DNA of 64,000 bases, from the NCBI GenBank assembly GCA_965227515.1, contig CBDDFZ010000001.1, forward strand, positions 3,328,001 through 3,392,000, in the 5' to 3' direction. Positions 38,282 through 49,457 of the stretch are shown piece by piece. The notes beneath the pieces were generated by a model. The model saw only the letters and a list, made by a program, of their open reading frames with translations, ran no database searches and was not told where the DNA came from. Source of the stretch: Alphaproteobacteria bacterium. GTDB taxonomy: Bacteria; Pseudomonadota; Alphaproteobacteria; CALKHQ01. Each line of letters starts with the position of its first letter. Within the stretch, counting starts at the first letter, position 1. A program made the position numbers and the translations under genes.

Positions 38282-39382
38282 ATGAGTCTCACCCGAACCG
38301 ACGTTCTGATCGTCGGCGGCGGGCTCGTCGGCTGCGCCACGGCCTATTACCTGGCGCGCGAGGGCGTCGGCGTGACGGTCGTGGAGCGCAATGACCTCAA
38401 CACCGCGGCATCGGGCGCCAATGCCGGCTCGCTGCACGTGCAACTGCCCTACGAGGATTTTGTCGCCAAGGGCGAGGAGTGGGCGCGCGCGTTCGGGCCG
38501 ACCCAGGTCCTGCTGCGGGACTCGGTGGCGATGTGGGCCACCCTGTCCGACGAGCTGGGCGAGAACCTGGACGTGGCGCAGAAGGGCGGCTTGCTGGTCG
38601 CCGAGACCGACGCGCAGATGGCGAACCTTGCCCGCATGGCGGCGATCCAGCGGGAGCAAGGCATCGAGATCGACCTGCTGGGCCGCGACGACCTGCGCGC
38701 CCTCGCCCCCTACATCACCGAGTGTGCCATTGGTGCCGCCTACTGCGCCAGCGAGGGCAAGGCCAACCCACTGCGGGCGACGCCGGCCTTCGCCCGAGCC
38801 GCGCGCGGGCTGGGTGCCCGCATCCTCACCCACACCACGCTAGACGGCTTGGAGACGGACGGCAGCGGCTACCGGGCGACGACTTCGGCCGGCACGATCG
38901 CTGCCGGCCGGGTGGTGAACGCGGCCGGCGCCGAGGCGGCCAGTGTGGCGGCCATGTTGGGGGTGGATATCCCGGTCGAGGGCTGGCCGTTGCAGGTCAG
39001 CGTGACCGAGCCCCTCGCCCCGCTGGTCCCGCACCTGGTCTATTCCGCCGCGCAGAGGCTGACATGCAAGCAGATGGCGAACGGCACCTGCATCATCGGC
39101 GGCGGCTGGCCTTCCACGAGGCGGGCCGACGGCCGGCTTGCGGTCAACCCGCATTCGCTGACCGGCAACATGGCGACCGCCATCGGCGTCGTGCCGGCGC
39201 TGGCGACGGCCCGCGTGGTGCGCACATGGCCGGCGGCCGTCAACGGCACGCCGAACTGGCAGCCGATCATCGGCGAGGCGCCCGGCCGTCCCGGCTTCTT
39301 CATCGCGGCGTTCCCGTGGATGGGTTTCACCGCCGGCCCGATCACCGCGCGAATGACGGCTGATTTGGTGCTGGGGCGGTAG
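38282..39382 (+). CDS. FAD-dependent oxidoreductase (DAO family), paralogue of 28546-29691
   Basis: IVGGGLVG, SGANAGSLHVQ, IGGGWP, GFTAGP. Confidence 0.88.
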   Translation: MSLTRTDVLIVGGGLVGCATAYYLAREGVGVTVVERNDLNTAASGANAGSLHVQLPYEDFVAKGEEWARAFGPTQVLLRDSVAMWATLSDELGENLDVAQKGGLLVAETDAQMANLARMAAIQREQGIEIDLLGRDDLRALAPYITECAIGAAYCASEGKANPLRATPAFARAARGLGARILTHTTLDGLETDGSGYRATTSAGTIAAGRVVNAAGAEAASVAAMLGVDIPVEGWPLQVSVTEPLAPLVPHLVYSAAQRLTCKQMANGTCIIGGGWPSTRRADGRLAVNPHSLTGNMATAIGVVPALATARVVRTWPAAVNGTPNWQPIIGEAPGRPGFFIAAFPWMGFTAGPITARMTADLVLGR

Positions 39383-39396
39383 ACGGTTCAAACACG

Positions 39397-39560
39397 ATTG
39401 TCGCCCTCGCCCTTGTGGCGAGGGCCCATTTTTGGGCCGGTAGAGATGACGCTGAGGTACCGGCACCATCCGGGCCGACCTCCGGCGAGCGTCTACGTAA
39501 CTCCGCCCATTCGCGAATTGGACTTGGATGGGCCCTCGCCACAAGGGCGAGGGCGACAAT
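39397..39560. repeat. REP doublet, family A copy 1
   Basis: Perfect 33-bp IR ATTGTCGCCCTCGCCCTTGTGGCGAGGGCCCAT around a 98-bp interior. Confidence 0.9.
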
Positions 39561-39570
39561 ATTTCTTCCC

Positions 39571-40335
<765 letters not shown>

Positions 40336-41026
40336 GTCGTTTTTCCAGATACTGCCCGTAACGGCTGAGCGGGTAGGAGATGATGAAGTAGCAAAGGGCC
40401 ACGGTGCCGAACACCAGCACACCGGAATAACCCTGGTTGTTCAGTTCCTTGCCGCGGAACGTTAACTCAAAGACGCCGATCTGGCTGACCAGTGCCGTGT
40501 CCTTGATGAAGGACACCGCGAAGGCAACCGCCGGCGGGATGATGACCGGCCAGGCCTGCGGCAGCACAACGCTGGTCAGCGTGCGCAGGCGGCCCATGTT
40601 CATGGCGCGCGCCGCCTCGATTTGCTGGCGCGGCACCGATTCCAGGCCGCCGCGGATGATCTCGGCGGAATACGCGATGGCGTAGATGCAGATCGCGACC
40701 ACCGCGATGGTGAACAGCGAGGCGTCCTGCACGAACGCCTGGATGAAGAACAGCACCAGGTAGACGATGACCAGGAACGGGATGCGGCGGAACACCTCGA
40801 CATAGGCGATGCATAGCCAGCGCATGGGCATCGCCGCCAGGCCCGGGGTCTGGCGCAGGTAGACCAGCACGAAGGCAAGCCCGAAGCCGATCAGGCAGCC
40901 GATGGCGGTCATCCCCACCGTCACCCCGGCGGCCTCGACCAGCAGCACCATGTTGTTCCAGGAGAAGAACCGCGGCGCCTGTTCCAGAATGCGGTCCATG
41001 GCTCAGGCGGTCCGCCTCTTCTCTGA

Positions 41027-41113
41027 CGTCATGCCCGCACTTGTTGCGGGCATCCACGTCTTGGCAACATCGGACGTAAGTCGTGGATGCTCGGGACAAG
41101 CCCGAGCATGACG
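41027..41113. repeat. CGTC-type REP doublet
   Basis: CGTCATGCCCGCACTTGTTGCGGGCATCCAC..GTGGATGCTCGGGACAAGCCCGAGCATGACG. Confidence 0.85.
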
Positions 41114-41148
41114 AGGTGGGTTGGCGGACAAAATGGGCGCAATCAACA

Positions 41149-41826
41149 TCAAAATACCTTGGCCTTGACGCGGAAGGCCCAGCGGCCGACCAGTGCCAGC
41201 CCGATGGAGGCGATGAAGGTGAGCACCACGTACATGCCGGCGGCGACGGAGAAGTATTCCAGCCAGCGGTAGTTGACGGTGGAGAGGTTGATCGCCTGGC
41301 CGGTCAGCTCGTCGACGCCGATCACGGCACCGACCGAGGTGCCCATCACCAGGATGACGACGAAGAAGTTGGCCAGCGCCGGATAGATGGTCTTCGCGAT
41401 GTGCGGCACGATGATGTACCAGACCTGCTGGCGGATCGACATTCCGAGCGTGATGCCCGCCTCCATCTCGGTGCGGCGCACCGACAGGAAGCCCGCGCGC
41501 ATGATGATGGCGAGGTAGGCGCCGGCATTCAGCGTCAGCCCGATCAGCACGCAGAGCTCGTTCGACAGCACGATCCCGAAATCGGGCAGCCCGTGATAGA
41601 GGAAATAGATCTGGATCAGCGCCGGCGTGTTGGTCAGGAACACGATGTAGACGTTGACGAACCAGCCGGCGACCCGGCCGCCGAAGCTGGTGATCGCGGC
41701 CAGGACCAGGCCGATCAGCGCCCCGCCCCAGAACGCCATGACGCCCAGTTGGAACGTCAGCAACGCGCCGTCCAGCAGCTCGCCGATGTTGTCCCAGACG
41801 ATGCCGTATTGGAACGTGTAGTTCAT
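41149..41826 (-). CDS. Amino-acid ABC permease
   Basis: NTPALIQ, AYLAIIMRAG, MEAGITLG. Confidence 0.9.
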   Translation of the reverse strand: MNYTFQYGIVWDNIGELLDGALLTFQLGVMAFWGGALIGLVLAAITSFGGRVAGWFVNVYIVFLTNTPALIQIYFLYHGLPDFGIVLSNELCVLIGLTLNAGAYLAIIMRAGFLSVRRTEMEAGITLGMSIRQQVWYIIVPHIAKTIYPALANFFVVILVMGTSVGAVIGVDELTGQAINLSTVNYRWLEYFSVAAGMYVVLTFIASIGLALVGRWAFRVKAKVF

Positions 41827-41836
41827 TACGCCTCAA

Positions 41837-42006
41837 CGTCGTCCTCGCCCCTGTGGCGAGGACCCATTCCTGTCCAACGCGTCGATAGCCCAACGAGTAT
41901 GCGGTGAGTAGCTGGCAGCTTCGGAGCCGTCAGCCAAGATATCGCCCACTACGCAGGAACCCTGCCCCCGGAAAAATGGGCCCTCGCCACAAGGGCGAGG
42001 GCGACG
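41837..42006. repeat. REP doublet, family A copy 2
   Basis: CGTCGTCCTCGCCCCTGTGGCGAGGACCCAT..ATGGGCCCTCGCCACAAGGGCGAGGGCGACG. Confidence 0.88.
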
Positions 42007-42028
42007 AAAAGATTTCTGGTGCAGGCGA

Positions 42029-42838
42029 TCAGAAGTACGGGTTCGGCTCCACGGTGCGCAGCATCGGCGCGCCGTAGTTCTCTTCCCAGGTCGCGTTCAC
42101 CACGCCCGACGAATGCAGGTCGTACAGGATGATGTTCAGCACCTCGGTCAGGTTGTCGTTGCCTTGGGCCACGCCGATGGCGCAATAGGCGACGAAGATC
42201 GGCGTCTCGACCACGCGCCAGTTGACGTCGGGGTGGTTCTCGGTGAACGCCATGAAGAAGTCGATGTTCTCCACGATGGCGTCGGCACGGCCCTGGGCCA
42301 CCAGGCGCACGGTGTCGGCGATCGTGTCGACCAGCTCCAGCTCGACGTTGGCCATGTTCTCTTCGATCCAACCCACGGTCCAGTTGCCGCGCATGTTGGC
42401 GAGCGTCACGCCCTCGACATTGAAGTCTTCCCAGCTGTCGCCTTCGATGGCGTCGGTCGCCAGCACCGCCAGCACCTCGGTGTGCAGCGGCACGGTGTAG
42501 TCGATCAGCTTGGCGCGCTCGGAATTGCGGGTCAGCGCACCCAGCGAAATGTCGATGCGGTCGGACACCAGGAACGGCACGCGCTGTGCCGTTTCGGTCG
42601 GCACCCACTCGACCTCGACGCCAAGGCGGCTGGCGATTTCGGCACCGATGGAGATATCGAAGCCTTCCCATTCGCCGGCATCGTTGCGGGCCGACATATT
42701 GGGGAAGTTCGGGTTGATGCCGATGCGCAGCACGCCGTCGGACAGGATGTCGTCCAGCGACTTGGCCTGCGCGGCAGTGACGGACAGCAGGGCAGCGCCA
42801 ATGACGGCAATGCCGCCCACCAATATGTTACGAATCAC
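42029..42838 (-). CDS. Amino-acid ABC solute-binding protein (family 3)
   Basis: Signal peptide; GVLRIGI..GFDISIG..RVPFLVSDRID..ERAKLIDY. Confidence 0.9.
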   Translation of the reverse strand: MIRNILVGGIAVIGAALLSVTAAQAKSLDDILSDGVLRIGINPNFPNMSARNDAGEWEGFDISIGAEIASRLGVEVEWVPTETAQRVPFLVSDRIDISLGALTRNSERAKLIDYTVPLHTEVLAVLATDAIEGDSWEDFNVEGVTLANMRGNWTVGWIEENMANVELELVDTIADTVRLVAQGRADAIVENIDFFMAFTENHPDVNWRVVETPIFVAYCAIGVAQGNDNLTEVLNIILYDLHSSGVVNATWEENYGAPMLRTVEPNPYF

Positions 42839-43041
42839 CTTCAGTCCTCCTCTCGCGCACGTCCGGCCGTGGTTCCCCGCACGGCCGGAGCGCGTCATGG
42901 CTTGCACACGCTGCCGCGCCGTACTGGCATGGCGTTGTGCGCTAGTCGAACTTTTGTTCGCAAGAGTAGGATCACGGAACGCGCGGCAGTAGTCAATGCC
43001 GCCGCGCGTTCCCAGGCCATGTTCGTGCCAGTTGGAACCGG

Positions 43042-44517
43042 CTACTGAATCGGGCAGCTTGGGCTGCTTCCGTGCAGATTCTCCACCGGGCCGTTGTCCA
43101 ACAGTGCCTGATAGGCCTGCGGCAGGCCGTCCAGCGGGAAGTCGTCAACTTCACTGCCGGCCGGGCTGCTGTTGACGATCCGGAGCATCTGACCGTTCAG
43201 CAGCGCATCGAAATACGGGCTGAAGTCGTCGATGACCGTGCCGCCGGTCAGGCCCTCAACGAACCAGTCCGGGTAGACGATGGTGTGCGCCGTCTCGCCA
43301 TCGACGATCAGCTCCAGCACATCGTCGCTACCGGTCGGCTCGGGCAGGCTGGTGGTCAGGTAGTAGCGCATCAGAAGCGGGTTTGCGTCTCCGACATGGA
43401 CGTCGAACGTCAGATTGTCGTAGCCGGAAATCAACTGGCAGGTGCCGCCGTCCTCCGGATGGCGGCAGGGATCGCATTCCGCGATCCACGAGCCGTAGCC
43501 GACGACCAGGGCCCCGGGCAGGCCCGCGCCGAGCAGATAGGATCCGCGGTTCGGCGCGTCCACCGGCACAATCGGCGCCAGATAGGTGTGCGATGCCCAT
43601 CCGGTCATGTTGCCATAGCGGACGTAGACCCATTCGCCGTTGCGCTGGCCCAGGTCCTCGATGCCCGTCGCCAGCGGCGGGATGCCGCCAACCGGATCGC
43701 CGGTGCCCGAGGGCGCGTTGCGCACCAGCAGATTGGCCACGCGGTTCAGGTTCTGATACTCGGTCGCCCCGCCGGAGACCGGGCGCAGCGCTGACAGCTC
43801 GATCCAGAACGGGCTGCCCTCGCCCCGCGCGGTGGCGACCTGGATGTACTCGACACCCTCGTGGCTGCCATAGGTGTTGGTCGACATGACCTCGGTGTTC
43901 TCGACGATGGTGCCGATGGACGGTCCGCCCTGGAAGTCTGCGTACATGGTCGCGTTGTAGGGCACCACCACGTACAGCGGCCCGGCCAGCGGCTGGACGT
44001 CGGCATCGGCGTTCACATCGTCACTGACGGCCGGCGCCACCTCGGCGCAGCGGGCCAGGAACGCGGAGATCGCGGCGTGGCTGCCGGACAGATTGAAGTC
44101 CGACCAGGCGCCGTCGGTCAGGCCGATGCTGCCGGCGCGGCCGTCCATCAGGACCTGCCAAAGCTCGTCATCGCCATCCAACGTGATCTGGCCATACCGG
44201 CCCATGCCGGTCTCGAGCACGGACGCCGGCAGCACGATGACACTGTCGCCCACGGCAAAGGTGGCTTCGACGTCGCTGCCCGGATCGTTGGGGCCGGTGT
44301 CGACGTACAGCCGCAGCTCGATCTCACCGGGGCGCTGGTTATTGCAGTCGGCGCTCAGGCGCATGTCGTCGGTCTGCGGCACGCCGAACACCAGCCAGCC
44401 GCCTTGCAGCGCGGTGCCGTCGTCATAGGTGTCGCTCGCCCACTGGTATTGCGCAAACGCCTGGCCGGCACTTGCCATGGTGGCCACGAATGCCGCGGCC
44501 GTCAGGATAGGTTTCAT
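43042..44517 (-). CDS. Secreted multidomain protein with SH3b-like domain(s)
   Basis: Signal peptide; LLVRNAPSG..WVYVRYGNMTGW. Confidence 0.7.
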   Translation of the reverse strand: MKPILTAAAFVATMASAGQAFAQYQWASDTYDDGTALQGGWLVFGVPQTDDMRLSADCNNQRPGEIELRLYVDTGPNDPGSDVEATFAVGDSVIVLPASVLETGMGRYGQITLDGDDELWQVLMDGRAGSIGLTDGAWSDFNLSGSHAAISAFLARCAEVAPAVSDDVNADADVQPLAGPLYVVVPYNATMYADFQGGPSIGTIVENTEVMSTNTYGSHEGVEYIQVATARGEGSPFWIELSALRPVSGGATEYQNLNRVANLLVRNAPSGTGDPVGGIPPLATGIEDLGQRNGEWVYVRYGNMTGWASHTYLAPIVPVDAPNRGSYLLGAGLPGALVVGYGSWIAECDPCRHPEDGGTCQLISGYDNLTFDVHVGDANPLLMRYYLTTSLPEPTGSDDVLELIVDGETAHTIVYPDWFVEGLTGGTVIDDFSPYFDALLNGQMLRIVNSSPAGSEVDDFPLDGLPQAYQALLDNGPVENLHGSSPSCPIQ

Positions 44518-44644
44518 CGGTATTGTCCCTCGTGTCGTCTGCGCGCCGGTGCGGCAATGGCCGACCGCGCACGCTTGTTCGGTTGTGTGTTGGTTGAGAG
44601 CGTTCCCCACGCCGGCCGTCAGGTCAACGGCCGCGTCAGGTGCG

Positions 44645-45160
44645 CTATTGCGGGTTTTCCGCGGCAATCGCCTCGCACTCGGCAATGAATTCGGCGATAG
44701 GCTCGGCGCTGTCAGAGAAACTCAGTTCGGTCGGCTCGCCATAGAACAGCGAAACGTCACCGGCCGGGCCCGCCTGTAGCGCTGCCCACAGGGGATCGTC
44801 GATGGCGACTTCGATCCGGCCATACGGCACGAAGTCGGAATCGTGCGCTATGGCTGGGAACGCATGCTGATAGCTGTCGATCATGAAGTGCGCCGTTGTG
44901 CGCGCGCCCGGCACGGCGGGGCCAAGGTCGATCAGCAGATCGACGACCGCGACCCGCGGATGATCCGAACCGCAGACCGCGTCGATCACAACATTATCGC
45001 TGTTCGGTTCGCCGTAGACGAGCCGGGCAGACACGTCGCCACCTTCGCGGTAGTCGATGAATGTTTCCCAACCCAGATCGGGATCGGCAAACGCGCTCGA
45101 TGCCGTCAGGCATGCAGCGATCAGGACAGCGCCTGAGGTAAGGCCGGTGAGCGGAACCAT
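44645..45160 (-). CDS. Secreted hypothetical protein, paralogous to the N-domain of the downstream gene
   Basis: LVYGEPNSDN..C vs LVFGVPQTDD..C; DDPLWAAL vs DDELWQVL. Confidence 0.65.
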   Translation of the reverse strand: MVPLTGLTSGAVLIAACLTASSAFADPDLGWETFIDYREGGDVSARLVYGEPNSDNVVIDAVCGSDHPRVAVVDLLIDLGPAVPGARTTAHFMIDSYQHAFPAIAHDSDFVPYGRIEVAIDDPLWAALQAGPAGDVSLFYGEPTELSFSDSAEPIAEFIAECEAIAAENPQ

Positions 45161-45245
45161 GATGGTTTTCCTTGTTGTTATTTGGTCTCGCTCAGCTTGG
45201 TCGCCCCTAATTGTAAGATGGTTCAATTAATTTGCCGGAACGTGC

Positions 45246-46832
45246 TTATTCAGGCTTGGCGACCGCGCGCGAAGCCGGCGCCTGCCCGCCGCCAGACGAC
45301 GCCTGGGCGCCCCGATGCTTGCGCAGGAAGGCCCGCCAGGTCATCGCCCAACGCGCGGGATCCTCGAACGCCTCGGCATCCACCTGCGCGATCGGCTGGT
45401 TGTGCGGCGCGGTCTTGACCAGTTCCGGGTCGGCGTAGGCCTCTTCCGAGATTTTGGCCAGCACCCCGATCCACTCGTCCAGGTCCTCCTTGGACCACAA
45501 CTCGCCCGCCTCCGGCGTGAACGGCTCCGGCACCACCCATGGCTCGTGGCTCATCCACCACGGGTCGATGCCGTAGTCGGCCATGCGGTTGGCGACGTCT
45601 GCGGTGCCTATGCCGGTCTCCTCCTGCATCGGCCCCAGGCTCCAGCGCGTCATCTCCATGCGGCGCTGGGTCAGGTGCGGGTGGGACTTTGCCACGCCGC
45701 GGATCCGGGCGAGTTGCGTGTCCATGTAGTTGTTGGCGACGACCGAGATGTCGGCGGCGAGCTTGATGCCCTCCGCCCCCATCGCGCGCGCCCACGCGTA
45801 CGCCTTCACCACTTGCGGAACGTTGCCCCAGAACTCTCTGATCTTGCCGGCGGATTTCGGCCTGTCGTCGTCCAGCGCGTAGCGGTCGCCGTCCCGCGTG
45901 ACAACCGGCGTCGGCAGGTAGGGCGCCAGCGCCTCGGAACAGCCGAACGCGCCAACCGCCGGGCCGCCGCCGCCCTTCGGCGCGCCGAAGGTCTTGTGCA
46001 GCATGAACATGCAGGCGTCGAAGCCCAGCTCGCGCGCGCTCAGTCGCCCCATGACGCCGTTGAAGTTGGCGTGGTCGTAGAAGCTCAGCGCACCGGCCTC
46101 GCGCACCACCCGCAGCCATTCCTTGATCTCCGGGTTGTAGACGCCCATGTCGTCCGGGTTGTTGATCATCAACAGCGCCGTCTTCGGCCCCACAGCGGCC
46201 TTCAGTGCGTCCAGGCTGGGATAGCCATTGTCTTCCAGCGGCAGGGTCACGACATCGAAGCCGGCGGCCGCCGATGTCGCCGCATTGCAGGGGTGGGCCT
46301 GGATCGAGGTCACCACTTCCGTGCGCTGGCCGAGTTCGCCGCGATCGGCCCAATAGGCCCGCGCCATCGCCGCCATGGTGTAGGCGGCATCCGCCCCGCC
46401 GCCGGCCTGGAACACAAACCGGTCCATGCCGCTCAACTCGCGCAGGATCAGGTCGAACTCGTGGAAAACCTGCAGCACGCCCTGCAGCGTGTCGGGGTGC
46501 TGCAACGGGTGCACTTCGGCCAGTTCCGGCCGGTTGGCCAGCATTTCCGCCAGCTTGGAATTGTATTTCATGGTGCAGGTGCCGAACAGGCTGACCCCCA
46601 TCATGCCCAGCGTCATCTGGCTGAGGTGGAGGTAGTGGCGCTGCACCTCGAACTCGGTCATCTCCGGCAATGCGGGCCGTTCGGCGCGGCGCATGCCGGC
46701 GGGCACCAGATCAGCCGCATCACCGGCCTCGGGCGCCGGGAAGATCTGCCCGCGCGCGCCGGGACGGCCCAGCTCCATGACCACCGGCTCATCCCACTTG
46801 GCGGCGTGAAAATTGCGCAATTTCATGCTCAT
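45246..46832 (-). CDS. gcvPB: Glycine dehydrogenase (decarboxylating) subunit 2-like, divergent
   Basis: GTCTMKYN, LHKTF (PLP Lys), GGGGP. Confidence 0.85.
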   Translation of the reverse strand: MSMKLRNFHAAKWDEPVVMELGRPGARGQIFPAPEAGDAADLVPAGMRRAERPALPEMTEFEVQRHYLHLSQMTLGMMGVSLFGTCTMKYNSKLAEMLANRPELAEVHPLQHPDTLQGVLQVFHEFDLILRELSGMDRFVFQAGGGADAAYTMAAMARAYWADRGELGQRTEVVTSIQAHPCNAATSAAAGFDVVTLPLEDNGYPSLDALKAAVGPKTALLMINNPDDMGVYNPEIKEWLRVVREAGALSFYDHANFNGVMGRLSARELGFDACMFMLHKTFGAPKGGGGPAVGAFGCSEALAPYLPTPVVTRDGDRYALDDDRPKSAGKIREFWGNVPQVVKAYAWARAMGAEGIKLAADISVVANNYMDTQLARIRGVAKSHPHLTQRRMEMTRWSLGPMQEETGIGTADVANRMADYGIDPWWMSHEPWVVPEPFTPEAGELWSKEDLDEWIGVLAKISEEAYADPELVKTAPHNQPIAQVDAEAFEDPARWAMTWRAFLRKHRGAQASSGGGQAPASRAVAKPE

Positions 46833-48229
46833 CGCACGATCTCCTCAACCGCTGATGCAAGCCGGGCGATATCCTCCGCCGTGTGCACCTCGGTCACGCA
46901 ATAGAGCGCCGCCTGCCCCAGGTCCGGCAGTTCGGCCGACAGGTCCTTGCCACCGAAGATATTGTTCTCGCGTAGAGCGTCGTTGATCGCGGCCACGGTC
47001 TTGCCGGTGCCGGAGAAATCCACCACGAACTCCTTGAAGAAGCCGTCCGGCCAGAGCACCGACACGCCGTCGATGGCATCCAGGCGCCGCGCCGCGTTGC
47101 GGGCGTTCGCCAGGATCAGGTCGCCGACCTCGCGGAAGCCCTCCGGCCCCAGCAGGCTCATATAGACCGCGTTGGCGATCGCCCACAGATAGGTCGAGTT
47201 GCCGGTCCAGTCCTTGCCCTCCTCGCGCATGCCGTAGGAGGTCTGGTGCGAGCACGACAGGCCGAACCCGCACTGCCCCTCTTCCCGCGTGGTGCCAACG
47301 GAGACCAGGAAGCCATTGAACTCGCGTACATATTTCTCATCGTCGCGGGAGGCCAGGAACCCGCCGACTCCGCCGCCGCAGTTCATGTGCACGCCCATGG
47401 GCTGGGTCGGGCCGACCACGATGTCGGCGCAATAGTCGGCCGGCGGCACCAGCACGCCGAGCGAGATCGGGTCGGCGCCGACGATGGTCTCTGCCCCCAC
47501 AGCCCGCGCCAGGCGCGCGATCTCCGCCCCGTTCGGGTCGATGGTGCCCAGATAGGCCGGGTTCTCGAAGTAGACCGCGGCCACGTCGTCGCCGAGCTTG
47601 GCTTCAAGATCGGCCAGATCCAGGCGACCGGTCGCCATGTCGGCGTCCACCAGCACGACCTCGATATGACGCGCCATCTCCGGCGGCTCGCAATAGGTGC
47701 GGATGACCGCCAGCCGTTCCGGGTCGGACAGGCGCGGCACCAGAACCTTGCTGCGGCCGGTGATGCGTGCGGCCATGCGAATGGCGTGCCCGGCGGCGCA
47801 GCCCCAGGAGTACACGGGTAGCTGCACCACCTCCATGTTCAGCAACTCGCCGAGTTGGCTGTTGAACTCGAACCAGGCCTGGTTGCGCCCGTGGTCGGAC
47901 TGGTAGGAGCCCCACACCGGGGTCAGGAACTCGGTCCGCCCGACGATCTCGTCCACCACCGCCGGCACATGGTGTTGCCAGCAGCCGGCGCCGAGGAAGT
48001 TCAGATTGCGCTCGCAATCCTGGTTGCGGCCGAGCTTGGACCGCAGGTCGCGGCGCAGTTCCAGCTCCGACGACAGCATCGGCGGCAGCTGCGGCGGCGC
48101 CTTGCGGTAGTGGTCTCTCGGCACTTGCTCGAACAGCGACTCCACATCCGGCACGCCGATGTCGCGCAGCATCTCCTCGATCGCGCCGGGGGCGGACAGC
48201 GCCATCCATGGGTGGGAACGAATGCTCAC
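46829..48229 (-). CDS. gcvPA: Glycine dehydrogenase (decarboxylating) subunit 1-like, divergent
   Basis: FLGAGCWQHHVP, EFLTP, GGVGGFLA, LYCVTEVHT. Confidence 0.85.
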   Translation of the reverse strand: MSIRSHPWMALSAPGAIEEMLRDIGVPDVESLFEQVPRDHYRKAPPQLPPMLSSELELRRDLRSKLGRNQDCERNLNFLGAGCWQHHVPAVVDEIVGRTEFLTPVWGSYQSDHGRNQAWFEFNSQLGELLNMEVVQLPVYSWGCAAGHAIRMAARITGRSKVLVPRLSDPERLAVIRTYCEPPEMARHIEVVLVDADMATGRLDLADLEAKLGDDVAAVYFENPAYLGTIDPNGAEIARLARAVGAETIVGADPISLGVLVPPADYCADIVVGPTQPMGVHMNCGGGVGGFLASRDDEKYVREFNGFLVSVGTTREEGQCGFGLSCSHQTSYGMREEGKDWTGNSTYLWAIANAVYMSLLGPEGFREVGDLILANARNAARRLDAIDGVSVLWPDGFFKEFVVDFSGTGKTVAAINDALRENNIFGGKDLSAELPDLGQAALYCVTEVHTAEDIARLASAVEEIVR

Positions 48230-48326
48230 GCCTGGCTCCTCTGATTCAGCTCTGATTCTGCGACGTTTTCGAACAAACGGTCGCATATCGCACAAGCTGG
48301 ATCAACGCCACCCTTGTCCTCATGCG

Positions 48327-49457
48327 TCACGCCAGCCGCATCATCATGGATCGGCCGCGCCCGGTGCGCACGCGGACATAGCCGGCGAGGTCGCGGTCCA
48401 GCGCCGGATCGCCGGTGTCGACCAGCAGACGCCCGCCCGGCAGCATGGAGAGCTTGGCCTCGTCGGCGACAATGACGATGCCATCGGGTCCAGCGCGGCG
48501 GATCATAACAGGCGCGATCTGCTGGTTGCCGCGCCCGAACACGAACCCCTGCCCCCCGGTTACGCCAACAATGATGCGCACCGGCCCGTCGCCAGCAAGC
48601 GTCGCCACCTGGTCTGCGCTCAAGTCCCGGCCCACCAGGGTGCCATCGCGTATGGCATCGACGCCCAGCAGCGTGCCTTCAAGGCCCAGTGCCGACAGCA
48701 CACGTTTGGTCGTGGCACCCGGCCCGATCAGGGTCAGTGCATCCGGCGGCAGATTGGCGGCGATCTCGGCACATGCGGCGCCGACGCCCGCCCCGCCCAC
48801 GCCGGGTGCGGAACCTGCCTTTACCGCTTGCAACAGATTGCGGGCATGCGGCGCGCGGGCATAGCCATGGAGGCGTGGCGCGATCCGGTCCTGGCGCACA
48901 GCGGCCTCGTCGATGTCCATGATCTCGACCCGCCTGAGCCCGACGCGGCGCTCACCCGCCGTCACCAGATCAGCGGCGAGCCGTCCTGCCGCCTCCGGGC
49001 TGACCGCGAAGACGCCCGATTGCATCTTCACGCCGCACGGAATGCCGAGGATGGGGGTATCGAGCCCGGCCACGTCGGCAATGTCGCGCGCGGTGCCGTC
49101 GCCACCGGCAAACAGGATTAGCGCCACCCCGCGGTCGATCATTTCGCGTGCTGCACGCCTGGTGTCGTCCGCCGTCGTGGTGTCGCCGACGGGGGCGTCG
49201 AGAAGCTCGACCGAAACTCCGAGACCATCGACGGCAGCGCTGCCCATCGGTCCCGCAACTGTCAGAACCGTAACGCCGGGCATCTCGGCAAGCGCTCGGC
49301 GCGCGCGCTCGGCGGCATGCGGCACCGCACCGCGCGCCCGCGCCTGCTCCAGGATGTCGGGGCCGTCCGTGCCCTTCAGGCCGACCGCGCCGCCCATGCC
49401 GGCGATGGGATTAACGATCAGGCCGACGATTGGGTGTGCGTTATCGCTCTCGGACAA
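48327..49457 (-). CDS. ATP-NAD kinase / AcoX-like family protein
   Basis: VNPIAGMGG..LKGTDG, GGDGTARD, GVKMQSGVF, GQGFVFGRGNQQ. Confidence 0.85.
   Translation of the reverse strand: MSESDNAHPIVGLIVNPIAGMGGAVGLKGTDGPDILEQARARGAVPHAAERARRALAEMPGVTVLTVAGPMGSAAVDGLGVSVELLDAPVGDTTTADDTRRAAREMIDRGVALILFAGGDGTARDIADVAGLDTPILGIPCGVKMQSGVFAVSPEAAGRLAADLVTAGERRVGLRRVEIMDIDEAAVRQDRIAPRLHGYARAPHARNLLQAVKAGSAPGVGGAGVGAACAEIAANLPPDALTLIGPGATTKRVLSALGLEGTLLGVDAIRDGTLVGRDLSADQVATLAGDGPVRIIVGVTGGQGFVFGRGNQQIAPVMIRRAGPDGIVIVADEAKLSMLPGGRLLVDTGDPALDRDLAGYVRVRTGRGRSMMMRLA

Noticed and set aside
39397-39560. CRISPR array (33-bp repeats with unique spacers)
   Set aside because: The repeats are inverted pairs dispersed over 16 kb, not tandem direct repeats, and there are no cas genes.
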